Positions 1 to 11,182 of a stretch of DNA of 64,000 nt are shown in pieces (within the stretch, counting starts at the first letter, position 1; each line of letters begins with the position of its first letter). Made by a program: the position numbers and the translations under genes. Source of the stretch: Podospora anserina (taxonomy: Eukaryota); NCBI GenBank assembly GCA_017654855.1, contig CM030337.1, positions 992,001 through 1,056,000 of the forward strand, read 5' to 3'. The notes beneath the pieces were generated by a model. The model was not told where the DNA came from, did not search any database, and was given only the letters and a program-made list of their open reading frames with translations.

Positions 1-1673
1 GGCGCAGTATGAGCTTGTCAGGGAGGCGTTGAAGGAGAGGACGTATTTTTTGCAGACAGCGCCGCATTTGAGCATGTGGTTGCCGATTATGCTGCCGTTG
101 GACAGGTGGTGGAAGGTGCCTTACTATTGGGCGGGGACCAAGTTTTATGATTTTTTGGCGGGGAGTGAGGGGATTGAGAGTAGTTATTTTTTGACGAGGT
201 CGAAGGCTATTGATGCTTTTCCGATGTTGAAGCAGGAGGGGTTGATTGGGGCGTTGGTTTATTATGATGGGGCGCATAATGATAGTAGGATGAATGTGAG
301 TATCGGGGTTACGGCTGGGTTGTATGGGGCGACGGTGGTGAACCATTTGGAGGTGAAGGGGTTGTTGAAGGGGGAGGATGGGAGGTTGAGGGGGGCGGAG
401 GTGGTGGATAATATTGGGGAGCGGGATGGGAAGCAAGGGGAGAGGTTTAATATTAGGGCCAAGTGTGTTATCAACTGTACGGGGCCGTTTACGGATGGGA
501 TAAGGAAGATGGATGATCCTGGGTGTAAGGAGATCGTGGCGCCGGCGTCGGGGGTGCATATCATCTTGCCGGGGTATTATTCGCCGGGGAAGATGGGGTT
601 GATTGATCCGTCGACGTCGGACGGGAGGGTTATTTTCTTCTTGCCGTGGCAGGGGAATACGATTGCTGGAACGACGGACGAGCCGGCGCAGATTACCAAG
701 GATCCGTTGCCGGATGAAAAGTCGATTCAGTGGATTTTGAACGAGGTTAGTCATTACCTCTCGCCGGATATCAATGTGAGGAGGGGGGATGTTTTGGCTG
801 CTTGGTCTGGGCTGAGGCCGTTGGTGAAGGACCCCAAGGCGAAGAACACGGAGTCGCTGGTGAGGAATCATCTCATTGACATCAGTGAGAGCGGGCTTGT
901 GACTTGCGCCGGCGGAAAGTGGACGACATATCGACAGATGGCCGAGGAGTGTGTGGACGCGGCGATAAGGGAATTTGGGCTGAAGCCAAAGCCTATCACG
1001 AACCCCCCGATGATCAGCGGGACGGAGCATGTCACAGATGATGCTACACTTGATGGGACTTGCCAGACCCACCGGGTGAGGCTCGTTGGTGCCCACGGCT
1101 GGTCACGAACATTGTTCATCCACTTGATTCAGCACTTTGGCGTCGAAACAGAGGTGGCCAAGCACCTGACGGAAAGCTATGGTGACAGAGCCTGGACAGT
1201 CGCTTCGCTGTGCCGACCGACGGACAAGAGATTCCCGGCGAGGGGAGAAAGGATCTCACAGTTGTATCCTTTTGTGGATGGCGAGGTGAGGTACGCTGTT
1301 CGTCACGAGTTTGCGCAGACGGCGGTGGATGTGCTGGCGAGGAGGATGAGGCTGGCCTTCTTGAACGCTCAAGCTTCACTGGAGGCGCTGCCGAAGATCA
1401 TTGACATCATGGCTGATGAGCTGGGGTGGAGCAAGAAGAGAATGGATCTTGAATGGAGAGAGAGTAAGTCTTCCAGAATAAGGGGTCTATTGATATGGTT
1501 GCTAACATGTGTGAACAGCTGTGAAATTCCTCGAGTCCATGGGCCTCCCTCAGCCATTGTTGTCAGCGACACGAAAGCAGGTCGAGCAGGGCAAGATTGA
1601 CTTCAAGAGTCTGCTTGAGTGGAGGATGTATTCACGACATGACAAGCCTGGGCCGGAGGGGGATAACCAGTGA
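1..1673 (+). CDS. GUT2: Mitochondrial FAD-dependent glycerol-3-phosphate dehydrogenase (5' end outside window)
   Basis: ORF 29..1600 has GlpD motifs (YYDGAHNDSRMN, DGRVIFFLPW, AWSGLRPL, AGGKWTTYRQMAEE). Intron 1464-1518 (GTAAGT...GCTAAC...CAG) joins a last exon TVKFLESMGLPQ...EGDNQ ending in TGA at 1671-1673. Confidence 0.93.
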
Positions 1674-2033
1674 GATAGATGTTGGCCACTAAAACAGGAG
1701 GTCTCCTCTTTTGTTCAGATTGATGATTTGCTTGGGGGTTGTGTATTACTGGACTGGATATTGCATAGCAGGCATCGTTTCTTGAGGGCAAAGGGGCACA
1801 ATGGCGTTGTCTTATAGATGGGTTCTTGTCATGAGAGGGCTGGTTTATTTTTCACCGTAAGTATTTGTTCGGCATTCGGGTAGGAGAGTATGAATATGTC
1901 TGGTAGTGGTAATGTGTGCTTGGACATATTGATGATTTGAGGCTGTTGCAGATGCCAATGTGTATTTAGTTGAGATATAGGCAATGAATAGCAAAAAGCA
2001 TTGCTAGACGGATGACTGTCTGCATGAAAAAGA

Positions 2034-2105
2034 TGACCCCGACCCGATTTGAACGGATAACCTTTCGATCTGGAGTCGAACGCGCTACCGTTGCGCCACG
2101 AGGCC
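2034..2105 (-). tRNA. tRNA-Trp (anticodon CCA), intronless, 72 nt
   Basis: Minus strand folds as GGCCTCG / TGGCGCAACGGTAGCGCG / TTCGA-CTCCAGA-TCGAA / ATCCG-TTCAAAT-CGGGT / CGGGGTC-A. It is followed by a T5 Pol III terminator (plus-strand A run 2027-2031). Confidence 0.95.
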
Positions 2106-2511
2106 AATTGATGTTATTCCGGAAAGGAATCTGGGTACAGATAGAACTCTTGGCATTTGCCCCACCATCCGAAAAGACAAAAGCTCTCGCGGCTGGCAAC
2201 GGCCAATTTTGACATCAACCACCACCTGCCGGAGCCTTCTCTACAGCAGCAGTTCAGATATCCGCCGTTAGGAACAATCCATTTTCCCTCAACGGCACTC
2301 GCCTCGATATAGCCACTAGTTTTTCTGGTGTATAACGGTTAGCCACCAGTTAACCCGGCCGCCAATATAGCACGATATCAAGCCCAATTGGACCTTTTTA
2401 CATCGACTATTCTTTCTGCCCGAACCGCATGACGTCTGCACCGAGGGTCAACTAAGACTTTCCTTTTTTTCTTCTTTTTTTTTTTTTTTTAAATAACTTT
2501 TCCCGCCTCCC

Positions 2512-5500
2512 ATGCCTGTCGCCGGGGCGAGAGCCCTGCTGTCGGCAAAGGCTGGTGTTGCTGCTCCAAGTCGACAAGTACTGCCCCGCGTTGCCGCCGC
2601 CTCCGCATTTCACATCCAGCATCATGGAGCGTTACTACATCGGACAGTAAAGAGGGGGTTCCATACCTCCCCTTCTTCTCTCGCCAGGCCCGAAGATGGA
2701 GAGAACAACCCTCCTCCAGCAGCAACAGAGGAGAACCCCCCCAAGAACGACACCACCAACGACAAGAACAAACCCGAGCAACAACCCGAAAACAACAAAC
2801 CTACCGAAACTGAGCCCGCCCCTGCGCCAGAAACCTCCTCCGCAGCAGCTATCGCCGCAGCCGCCAAAAGAGCCCAACTCCGCACCTCCGGGTATGGCTC
2901 CGCTCGCGCCCGCGCAAACCGCATCCCCCGCGTCGAGGAAATCCCCCAGCTCGAACCAGACGAGTTCTTCCTCGAGAACAATGTCTCACTTTATGAAGAC
3001 CGCCCCCTCGGATCCCTCGACACGCTACTCTTCCCCCTCCTAAGCGAGGACCAAGAGCGCATACTGTCCGAAACAGAAGCTGAGATCAACGAGCAGGCCT
3101 TGTCGGAGAAAGCAGCCGAGTACTACAAGTCAAGGATTGTGGAACTGGCGGGGGATAAGGAGGTGCTGGATAGGCTGGTGGGGAGGTTTCAGAGGGTGTA
3201 CAATGCCGCCTTCTTGCAGGTGGTTGCCTTGGGGCATAAGCCGACGGATACGCCCGAGAAGGTGCTTGATGTGAGGGAGCTGAGGGAGTTGGTGACGGAT
3301 CAGTATGAACGGCTTGTGAGCTGGGAGGAGGGGAGGTTGCAGAAGGAGGCGGGGGAGTATCTTGAGACGCATGGGGGGGAGACGGTGAAAAGTTTATTGT
3401 TTGAGAGTCCGTTGTCTAAAAAGCCCGAGCCGGAGTATTCTGTTTGCAGGGAGTTGCTTGCGGCGGTGAGGTCGCAGTTGCATACCCCGCCGCCGCCGGG
3501 GATGGGCGGGATGAAAAGTGAGGCGCGGAGGCCGGTGCAGCTTTTCACGGTTTTGAATCGTAAGGGGATGGCGGTTCCGATGGAGGTGGTGGATGATATT
3601 GCGACTGAGCTCGCGGCGGATGTGGTGCACCTGAGTGCGATGGACCTGGGGAGGATGCTGGGGAAGCATATGGGGCAGAATTTGTATCTGAACCGGGGGT
3701 CGTTGTCGATGCTGGGGTATGCGGCCGCGGAGATGAACGGGAGGACTGTGGCGAGGGCGGATGCGGAAGGGGAGGAAGGGGGGATGGCGGGGATGGTGGC
3801 TGTTGCTTTGCCTTCAAGGTTGAGGTCGTATTTTTCTTCGAGGGGGGAGAGCACGGCGGGGATGGGACTGGATGGGAAGTGGGATGATCTCAAGCTTACG
3901 AATGCGCTGAGTGCGTTGATCGAGGCGGCGGATGTCAAACGGGGGATGAGAGGTGGGGAGACGGAGCAGAGGGATCTGATTGTGCATATTCATGATTATG
4001 TCGAGATTGGGGCGCTGCAGAGCTCGCTTCTGAACAAGATCAGGACGATTGTTGATCGGATGTGGCATAATGGGAGGAGGGCGGTGATTGTGGCTTCTTC
4101 GGCGAGCGAGTTGAAGAACTCGGGGGGGCAGTGGCGGGATCAAATTGCAGAGATTGGCCGTGAGGGGACGCATATCATTCCGTTTTATTCTCACGAGCAT
4201 CAACACGAGGAGGGAGCTTCGGAGAATGTGCTGGACAACTTGATGAACATCGGGGAGATGGTGCAAGCCATGATGGGTGCTGATGCCGATGTCATCTTCC
4301 ACAGGCAATTACTCCGGAACGAGCCTTTGTTATACATGAACTGTACAGGGACCGAGAAGGACAAGAGGCTTGTGAACCTGCTTAAACAGCATGTTTTTGA
4401 TGCCCAGTGGGTATACCGGGTCGCCACCTTGCTCGTTGGGGTCAGGAAGCCGGGTCTCAAGCGCTTTTCGTTCGATCATCTGAAGCATGTCTTAGACTTT
4501 ATGTCTGAAAGGGATGAGCATTGGAAAAAGATTGTCCCTGCCGTCAAGCCACCTTACTACTCGCCACTCTTCACACCACGGTCGCCTCAAATGCCCAATT
4601 TCTTCTCTGGGGGTCCCCCAGACGAGTTTGGGCAGCAGTCCAACGGCCCATCAGGGACTCTTCCGGGCGGTCTCTTGTCCAAGGACCTCGACCAGCACGA
4701 GAAGAAGCTCGCCTCTGGCCTGATCAACGCGGAGGACATCCACACAACGTTTGACAACATCATCGTCCCCCAAGAGACAAAAGAATCCCTCATCGGACTC
4801 ACCTCCCTTTCCCTCACCCGCCCAGAAGCTTTTACTTATGGCGTGCTCAAGACTGAGCGCATCCCGGGTTGCTTGCTCTACGGCCCCCCGGGAACAGGCA
4901 AGACCCTCCTCGCCAAAGCGGTAGCCAAAGAATCGGGCGCAAACATGCTCGAGGTCTCCGCCGCGTCCATCAACGACATGTGGCTGGGTCAATCAGAGAA
5001 GAACGTCCGTGCGATCTTTTCTCTCGCTCGCAAGTTAGCCCCCATGGTCATCTTCCTTGACGAAGCCGACGCCTTGTTGGGTGCGAGGCATAACACACCT
5101 GGTCGAACCGCCCACCGGGAAACAATCACGCAGTTTCTTCGAGAATGGGACGGAATGTCTGACATGCGCGCCTTCATAATGGTGGCCACCAACCGCCCCT
5201 TTGACCTCGACGAGGCGGTCTTGCGGCGGCTGCCGAGGAAGATACTAGTTGACCTGCCCCTCGGCCCGGAGAGGGAGAAGATCCTGGGGGTTATGCTAAA
5301 GGAGGAGGTACTCGCAGAGGATGTCGACCTGGCCCAACTGGCGAAGGAGACGGATTTGTATTCCGGCTCTGACCTGAAGAATCTGTGTGTGTCGGCGGCG
5401 ATGGAGGCGGTGAGGCAGGAGGTGAGGGATAAGGAGGCTTGGGAGAGGGAACGGGCTGCTAAGCTACCGGAAGGGGAGAAGGCGGAGGGGGAAGTGGAGG

Positions 5501-5796
5501 AGGTTTCAGTGTTTCCCGAGAAGAGGGTGCGGGAGGGGGGAGTGGAGGAGGTTTATGAGTATCCGGAGAAGAGGGTGCTGACGAGGAAGCACTTTGAGAA
5601 GGGGCTGAGGGAGATTAGCGCGAGTATTTCGGAGGATATGGATAGTCTGAAGGCGATTAGGAAGTTTGATGAGCAGTATGGGGATTCGGGGAGGAGGAAG
5701 AAAAAGAAGAGGGGGATGGGGTTTGAGGTTGTGGGGGATGGGAAGGTGGTGGGGACGGAGGAGGTTAGGGTTAGGCAGGTTGTTACTGGGGTTTAG
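2512..5796 (+). CDS. Large (1094 aa) AAA+ ATPase of the Msp1/ATAD1-spastin clade with a probable mitochondrial presequence
   Basis: Walker A GPPGTGKT, Walker B IFLDEAD, SRH ATNRPFDLDEAVLRRLP and lid YSGSDLKNLC. The N-terminus is Ala/Arg/Ser-rich and lacks acidic residues (...KRGFHTS). The ORF is uninterrupted. Confidence 0.88.
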   Translation: MPVAGARALLSAKAGVAAPSRQVLPRVAAASAFHIQHHGALLHRTVKRGFHTSPSSLARPEDGENNPPPAATEENPPKNDTTNDKNKPEQQPENNKPTETEPAPAPETSSAAAIAAAAKRAQLRTSGYGSARARANRIPRVEEIPQLEPDEFFLENNVSLYEDRPLGSLDTLLFPLLSEDQERILSETEAEINEQALSEKAAEYYKSRIVELAGDKEVLDRLVGRFQRVYNAAFLQVVALGHKPTDTPEKVLDVRELRELVTDQYERLVSWEEGRLQKEAGEYLETHGGETVKSLLFESPLSKKPEPEYSVCRELLAAVRSQLHTPPPPGMGGMKSEARRPVQLFTVLNRKGMAVPMEVVDDIATELAADVVHLSAMDLGRMLGKHMGQNLYLNRGSLSMLGYAAAEMNGRTVARADAEGEEGGMAGMVAVALPSRLRSYFSSRGESTAGMGLDGKWDDLKLTNALSALIEAADVKRGMRGGETEQRDLIVHIHDYVEIGALQSSLLNKIRTIVDRMWHNGRRAVIVASSASELKNSGGQWRDQIAEIGREGTHIIPFYSHEHQHEEGASENVLDNLMNIGEMVQAMMGADADVIFHRQLLRNEPLLYMNCTGTEKDKRLVNLLKQHVFDAQWVYRVATLLVGVRKPGLKRFSFDHLKHVLDFMSERDEHWKKIVPAVKPPYYSPLFTPRSPQMPNFFSGGPPDEFGQQSNGPSGTLPGGLLSKDLDQHEKKLASGLINAEDIHTTFDNIIVPQETKESLIGLTSLSLTRPEAFTYGVLKTERIPGCLLYGPPGTGKTLLAKAVAKESGANMLEVSAASINDMWLGQSEKNVRAIFSLARKLAPMVIFLDEADALLGARHNTPGRTAHRETITQFLREWDGMSDMRAFIMVATNRPFDLDEAVLRRLPRKILVDLPLGPEREKILGVMLKEEVLAEDVDLAQLAKETDLYSGSDLKNLCVSAAMEAVRQEVRDKEAWERERAAKLPEGEKAEGEVEEVSVFPEKRVREGGVEEVYEYPEKRVLTRKHFEKGLREISASISEDMDSLKAIRKFDEQYGDSGRRKKKKRGMGFEVVGDGKVVGTEEVRVRQVVTGV

Positions 5797-6323
5797 ATCA
5801 GGGGGTTGGTTGATTTGAACAAGACAAAATCGAGGGGGTGACTGTATGAATAGCTGTAACAAGAAAGGGTATAAATAAATGGGGGGAACGGTGGCATAGG
5901 GTACGGCAAACGAATCAGGGGGAAAGCGGAAAAGTTTGAAAAGTATATATATACAATTTGCTGCATTGGATTGGGAAACTTTGTATATATTGCAATTCAG
6001 CGGAATTGTAAATAACACGACTACACTCGATCTCACGGTGTTTGTTCGACCCTGGTTATAAGATTGGTTTACCTACCCCTGATGCACACAGCTCCGTCAA
6101 GCTTTCTTACCTCGTTCAAACCCAACGTCCATTTTCCGGAACAGCAATTCAAGCACAGATTCCCCAGAGATACATGAACCTGAACAACAAAAAAACATGA
6201 ATGCTACTAAAAAAGACTACAATAATTCTACAACCCCAATCATGAATCCAAAAAAAAAAAGAAAAAAAAAAAGAGCCGAGAAAACCATTCCCATCCCATC
6301 ATCATAACCCTTAATCATCTTCA

Positions 6324-8217
6324 TTACCTCGCAGCGACCAAACTCCCCTCAACACCACCACCATTCGTCCCCCCATCCCCCGCCCGCCATGTCTCCTCCG
6401 CCCTAGTCCCAGGAGCCAGCCAGGCAGCGGCCGCATTACTCGCCCCCCTGTTCCTCCCCTTCCCCCCATTCCCCCCAGCAACATAATCATCCGACTTCTT
6501 ACTGTCGCCATTGACAACAACCCCCACCCCGCTGTTCGAAGCCGGCGGCACGAGGTTAGGAGACGACACCCTCCCATTCGTATACCCATACCCACCCCTC
6601 CCAAAAACCCCATTCATCTCTTGCGGCGACGCCGTGATGCCACCATTATGCTTCACACTCAAAGGCAAAATCCCCCCCTCCACCCCCTTCAAATTATCCC
6701 CCGTCAACCTCCTCGCCTTCGCATCCGCCTTATTCCTCTCACTGCTCCGGTCGTACATCCACAACCCCAAAAACGTCAGCCCAATCCCCACAGCCTGCAC
6801 CCTCGTCGTCGGGTTCCTGAACCAAATCAGCGTGATGAAAATGACAAACACCCTCTTCAACAAGCTAGCCACCGAGTACGTAACCGGGGACACAGTAGAC
6901 AACAACACAAACGCGAGGATATTCTGTCCAAAGTGAAAAGTTCCGTTGAAAATGTACTCGACCGTCAACCGTCCGTGATCAAAGCTGTTTGGTGAGACCG
7001 TCAAGTCGACTGAACCATCATACAAAAAATCAGTGAGGATGTGGAACCCTTCCGACCAGAACCAGATGGGGAGGGTGCAGATGAAGGCCATGCCTGAGGA
7101 GTAGCAGAGGAGATTGAGCTTGTCCAGTTTCTTGGACTGGACTCCTAACCCTTCTGCTTCCGCTCGGGCGGCTTCGTTGAACAAGCGCTTGGAAAAGATG
7201 TTTTGTGTGACGAATATGATGGTTGCGAGGAGGGCGTAGAGGATGCCGAGGAATTGGCCGCCGAATTGGCTCTTGTTGCTGGAGCAGGCGAGCATGACTC
7301 CAATGGTGAGAGGGATGAGCGAGATGTATGTCGCGCGGGGGTAGCGGATGTCGAAGATGAAGCGGTAGGCTAGGACGGTGAATAACGGGGAGAGGCCCTT
7401 GATTGTGTGGACTAGCGAGACGGGAATCTTGGATGTCGCGGTGGAGGAGAGGAGATGGCCGCCGATTTGGAAGACAGCCAGGGGGAGGGTGGTTCGGATT
7501 ACATCCCGGGATGGGTATCGGATGGGATGTTTGAGAGCTGGGATGAGGGTTCGTAATCTGGGGAACTTGGAGGCGAGCCCTGACAGGATGAGGCAGTAGG
7601 AAGATACAAAGCCGAATTGGACGATGGTAAGGGTCGCGGGCTTGTCAAAGGCCGTGAGGATGGACTTGGAGGAGGTGTTGGTCAGGGCGGAGGACCAGTA
7701 CCACATTATGCATAGTGACTACACAGCAGGCAACAAGACATATCAGCATGGTGGCACAAGCTGGAAAAGAGGACACAGGGGACATTGGACATACAATGAG
7801 CTTCCATGATACTGGAGCGCGGAGGGCGTCGGCTATCTCGTGGGCGTTTTGGCTCATACTCCCGGAGCGCATGCGGTGGATGGCAGTGCTGATGCTACTC
7901 CTTTTCCTGGCATGGCCGTATGCGTGAGAGGAGGCGGCGCCGGGAGCCCATTTTACTCTGCTGTCGCGGCGGGCGTGAGCGTGGGCGTGCCAACGTTGCT
8001 CTGGTTGTTGTTGCGTAGCACTTTCCCTGCTGTATCCGTATCCATTCTGTTGCTGCTGCCTTCCTCCTCCATTCGGCGCGCTCGAATCGAAAACGTGGGC
8101 GGCATCAAAGTCGGGGAACTTTTCTGTACCGTTGTGCGCCGGGCTACCGTTTGCGTTGGACAGTCGGTTCTGCGACGGTGCCCGCATGTGCGAGGTCGAG
8201 TGTGGCATCGCGCACAT
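6324..8217 (-). CDS. Triose-phosphate/nucleotide-sugar transporter family protein (SLC35E1/Sly41-like)
   Basis: Multi-TM ORF with IPVSLVHTIKGLSPLFTV, QNIFSK and VSPVTYSVASLLKRVFVI. Intron 7719-7794 (GTATGT...GCTGAT...TAG on minus) joins ...PVSWKLI to SLCIMWY. The start could be 8217 or a nearby downstream ATG. Confidence 0.85.
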
Positions 8218-8952
8218 GTATCTGGTGTAGGTATGAACAGAGAAGGACTTTGTTCAGTCGTATCTATAGCGATATCTGTACTCGGGATCCTTGGACAGTT
8301 GGCGTGGGATGTTGGCGTAAGCGAGTGGGAAGTACAGGACTTGGCTTGACAGACGTCACAAGCAAGTTAAAAAAAAAAAAAAAAAGTCAATCAATCAAAC
8401 GAGTGTGTTGTTGAAAATCAACTAGTTTCAAGTAATCATGGCAAACTCGGTTGACAAGCAGCAGAGGCAGGAAAATGAGAGAGAGTTGTGTTTGATAGCC
8501 TGAAGCAATCACCAATCACATAGAATTCGAGTCGATGGCAATTGGCAACCTATGTATGCAGCGCGCGGCGGTTTTGAATCCCGCCAATTAAGCTCTCTTG
8601 GCGCTTCCAATCGCTGTCACAGAAGCAGCACGCGCTGCAGGGGGGGTCTCCATCCAGCCTTCGGAGCGCACCAGCCACACCTTGTTCACTCCCAAACAGC
8701 CACCGCCAAGCCAAGACCTGCCTCTTTCTCAAAAGTTTGGGGCGCGCCGCATGGCGATTGATTGCTGGACGTTGATGAATCGAGGACGTTGATAGCGCGT
8801 CAAACTCCACCCGCCGGCCATCATCACCACCCCCGACTGCTTTTACGACAGCAATATCATCATATCACGGCCCAAATCCGAGTCGCATCACGAGTACATC
8901 ATCAAGTTTTTTCCCCTGACGAACAAGAGCCGACGGCTCACAGCTGTCCAAG

Positions 8953-10854
8953 ATGGCGGCCCCAAAAATGACCAAGAACCAAATGCGCCGGGCGAAGAAG
9001 AAGGAGCAGAAAAAGGCACAGGTCGAGGTCAGTACTGTTTTCTATCCATCAGTTCACAACACAATCCCAATTTCTAACTATTTCTCCCAGAACGGCTCAA
9101 AAGCCCCAGAAGATACCAAGGATGACACCCCAAGGGAAAACGGATCTATACCAGACGACCAAACACCCGTCGCCGATCTCGAAGTCAAGAAGGATGGCGA
9201 TGAAGACACAAAAATGGACGCCGATGGTCCCATCATCGACGAAATCCCATTGGACGACCCCGCCTACGCCGATTTCAAGAAAGCATTCGAAAAGTACGGC
9301 ATGAGCCTGGACGATGACGACGAGGTAGCAAAAGAGGCCAACGCAGGCAACAAGGGCGAGGTCTTCTTTGACCAGGACGACGAGATTCCCAGCGAAGACG
9401 AAGACGCGCAACCAAAGATGTCCAAGAAGAAGCGCAAAAAGCTCAACAAGCTCTCCATCGCAGAGCTCAAGGCTCTCGTGCGGACCCCAGAGGTGGTGGA
9501 ATGGAACGATGTCTCGTCGTCAGATCCACGTTTGTTGGTCCAAATCAAGGCGCAGCGCAATATTGTTCCTGTGCCTGGGCATTGGTCGTTGAAGCGTGAG
9601 TACCTCTCCAGCAAGCGTGGCATCGAGAAGCCGCCGTTCAAGCTCCCCCAGTTCATCGCCGAGACGGGCATCACCGAGATGCGAGATGCGGTTTTGGAGA
9701 AGCAGGCCGAGCAAACCCTCAAGCAGAAGCAGCGAGAGAGAGTACAGCCCAAGATGGGCAAGCTCGACATTGACTACCAAAAGCTCTACGATGCCTTCTT
9801 CCGCCACCAGACCAAGCCAGACCTGACTCGATTCGGTGACGTCTACTACGAAGGCAAAGAGTGGGAGGCCGACTACAAGATCTTTAAGGCTGGTGAACTC
9901 AGCGAAGGACTCCGGGATGCTCTAGGGATGCAACCAGGCTTTCCTCCCCCGTGGCTCCTCCAGCAACAACGCATCGGTCCTCCCCCGTCTTACCCAACCC
10001 TCAAAATCCCGGGCTTGAACGCCCCTCTCCCACCAGGAGCTTCTTGGGGCTTCCAGCCTGGTCAATGGGGCAAACCCCCACTAGACGAATACAACCGTCC
10101 CCTCTACGGAGGCGATATTTTTGGCCTCATGGTCCCGGGACAGCCAGGGTACCCCACGGGCGCACCAGCTCAACCAGGCCAGCCCGCAGCAGCAGCAGCA
10201 GCGTACATCACCCCGGCGGAACCAATTGACCGCACACTTTGGGGAGAACTCCAACCCCCCGCCGAAGAGTCGGAAGAGGAAGAATCCGAAGAAGAAGAAG
10301 ACTCGGACGAGGAAGACGGAGACCACATCCCGGCCGGTGGGATCGAAACTTCCACCGGCCTCGAAACTCCGGGCGGATACGCCAGCACACTCCACCCTGA
10401 CGCCTCTGGTATTGAATCCAGCATGGGAGGTGAATTCGATCTCCGGAAACAGTCCCGCAGGGGCTACGAAACGGAGGAACACCCACGGTCGGCGTATACC
10501 GTCATCCCAGAGAGGCAAACGAGAGTGGAGGGCTTCTTTGGCTCGGATAAGACGTACGACTTGGGGAGACACGGGGCCGGGCTGCCGGTGCTGGGGAGGG
10601 AGGATGAGGAGAGCAGGAAGAGGAAGAAGCCGGGGGACGTGGAGGTCAGTCTTGATCCGGATCAGCTGGTGAGGGAGGAGGGGATGAGCAAGGAGGAGCT
10701 GAAGAAGAGGTATGAGCAGGGGAGGAGGGAGGAGGGGGTGGGGGCGCAGTGGAACAAGAGCCAGTTTGAGGAGGATTTGACGGATTTTATTGCGAGTGAG
10801 AGCAGGAAGAGGCAGAAGAGGGACGAGGAGCGGAGGGGGGAGAGGAGGAGATGA
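8953..10854 (+). CDS. CUS1: Splicing factor 3B subunit 2 (SAP145/Cus1), U2 snRNP
   Basis: VPVPGHWSLKREYLSSKRGIEKPPF, QPKMGKLDIDYQKLYDAFF and PSP domain PPPWLLQQQRIGPPPSYPTLKIPG. Probable in-frame intron 9028-9090. Confidence 0.93.
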   Translation: MAAPKMTKNQMRRAKKKEQKKAQVEVSTVFYPSVHNTIPISNYFSQNGSKAPEDTKDDTPRENGSIPDDQTPVADLEVKKDGDEDTKMDADGPIIDEIPLDDPAYADFKKAFEKYGMSLDDDDEVAKEANAGNKGEVFFDQDDEIPSEDEDAQPKMSKKKRKKLNKLSIAELKALVRTPEVVEWNDVSSSDPRLLVQIKAQRNIVPVPGHWSLKREYLSSKRGIEKPPFKLPQFIAETGITEMRDAVLEKQAEQTLKQKQRERVQPKMGKLDIDYQKLYDAFFRHQTKPDLTRFGDVYYEGKEWEADYKIFKAGELSEGLRDALGMQPGFPPPWLLQQQRIGPPPSYPTLKIPGLNAPLPPGASWGFQPGQWGKPPLDEYNRPLYGGDIFGLMVPGQPGYPTGAPAQPGQPAAAAAAYITPAEPIDRTLWGELQPPAEESEEEESEEEEDSDEEDGDHIPAGGIETSTGLETPGGYASTLHPDASGIESSMGGEFDLRKQSRRGYETEEHPRSAYTVIPERQTRVEGFFGSDKTYDLGRHGAGLPVLGREDEESRKRKKPGDVEVSLDPDQLVREEGMSKEELKKRYEQGRREEGVGAQWNKSQFEEDLTDFIASESRKRQKRDEERRGERRR

Positions 10855-11128
10855 TGATGCGGGATTCGTACATCAAAACGGGGGGTTTGGCGTTTAGCGT
10901 TTGGTAATCATGGGGGTTTGGGGTTGTTTAATAGTGTAGGACATAACTAGATTGCAGGTGCATAAGCGCATTTTTATGATGCTTCAGTGGTCTTGATTGT
11001 AAAATAGATAGATGGAGGCTCTGATTGTGGTTGAACTTTGTACTGAACAATCTAAATATCCCAACTACAACCCAAGCTGGTATCTAGTCCAAACCTTTCC
11101 ATTCAACAGCCACCTACCCAGATACAAG

Positions 11129-11182
11129 TCTCTCTCTCTCTCTCTCTCTATTCCGCCTATCTATTATTATTATTATTATTAT
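11129..11182. repeat. Adjacent (TC)n and (TAT)n microsatellites at the ORC5 stop / CUS1-ORC5 convergent gap
   Basis: About (TC)10 at 11129-11149 and (TAT)7 at 11162-11182. Confidence 0.8.
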
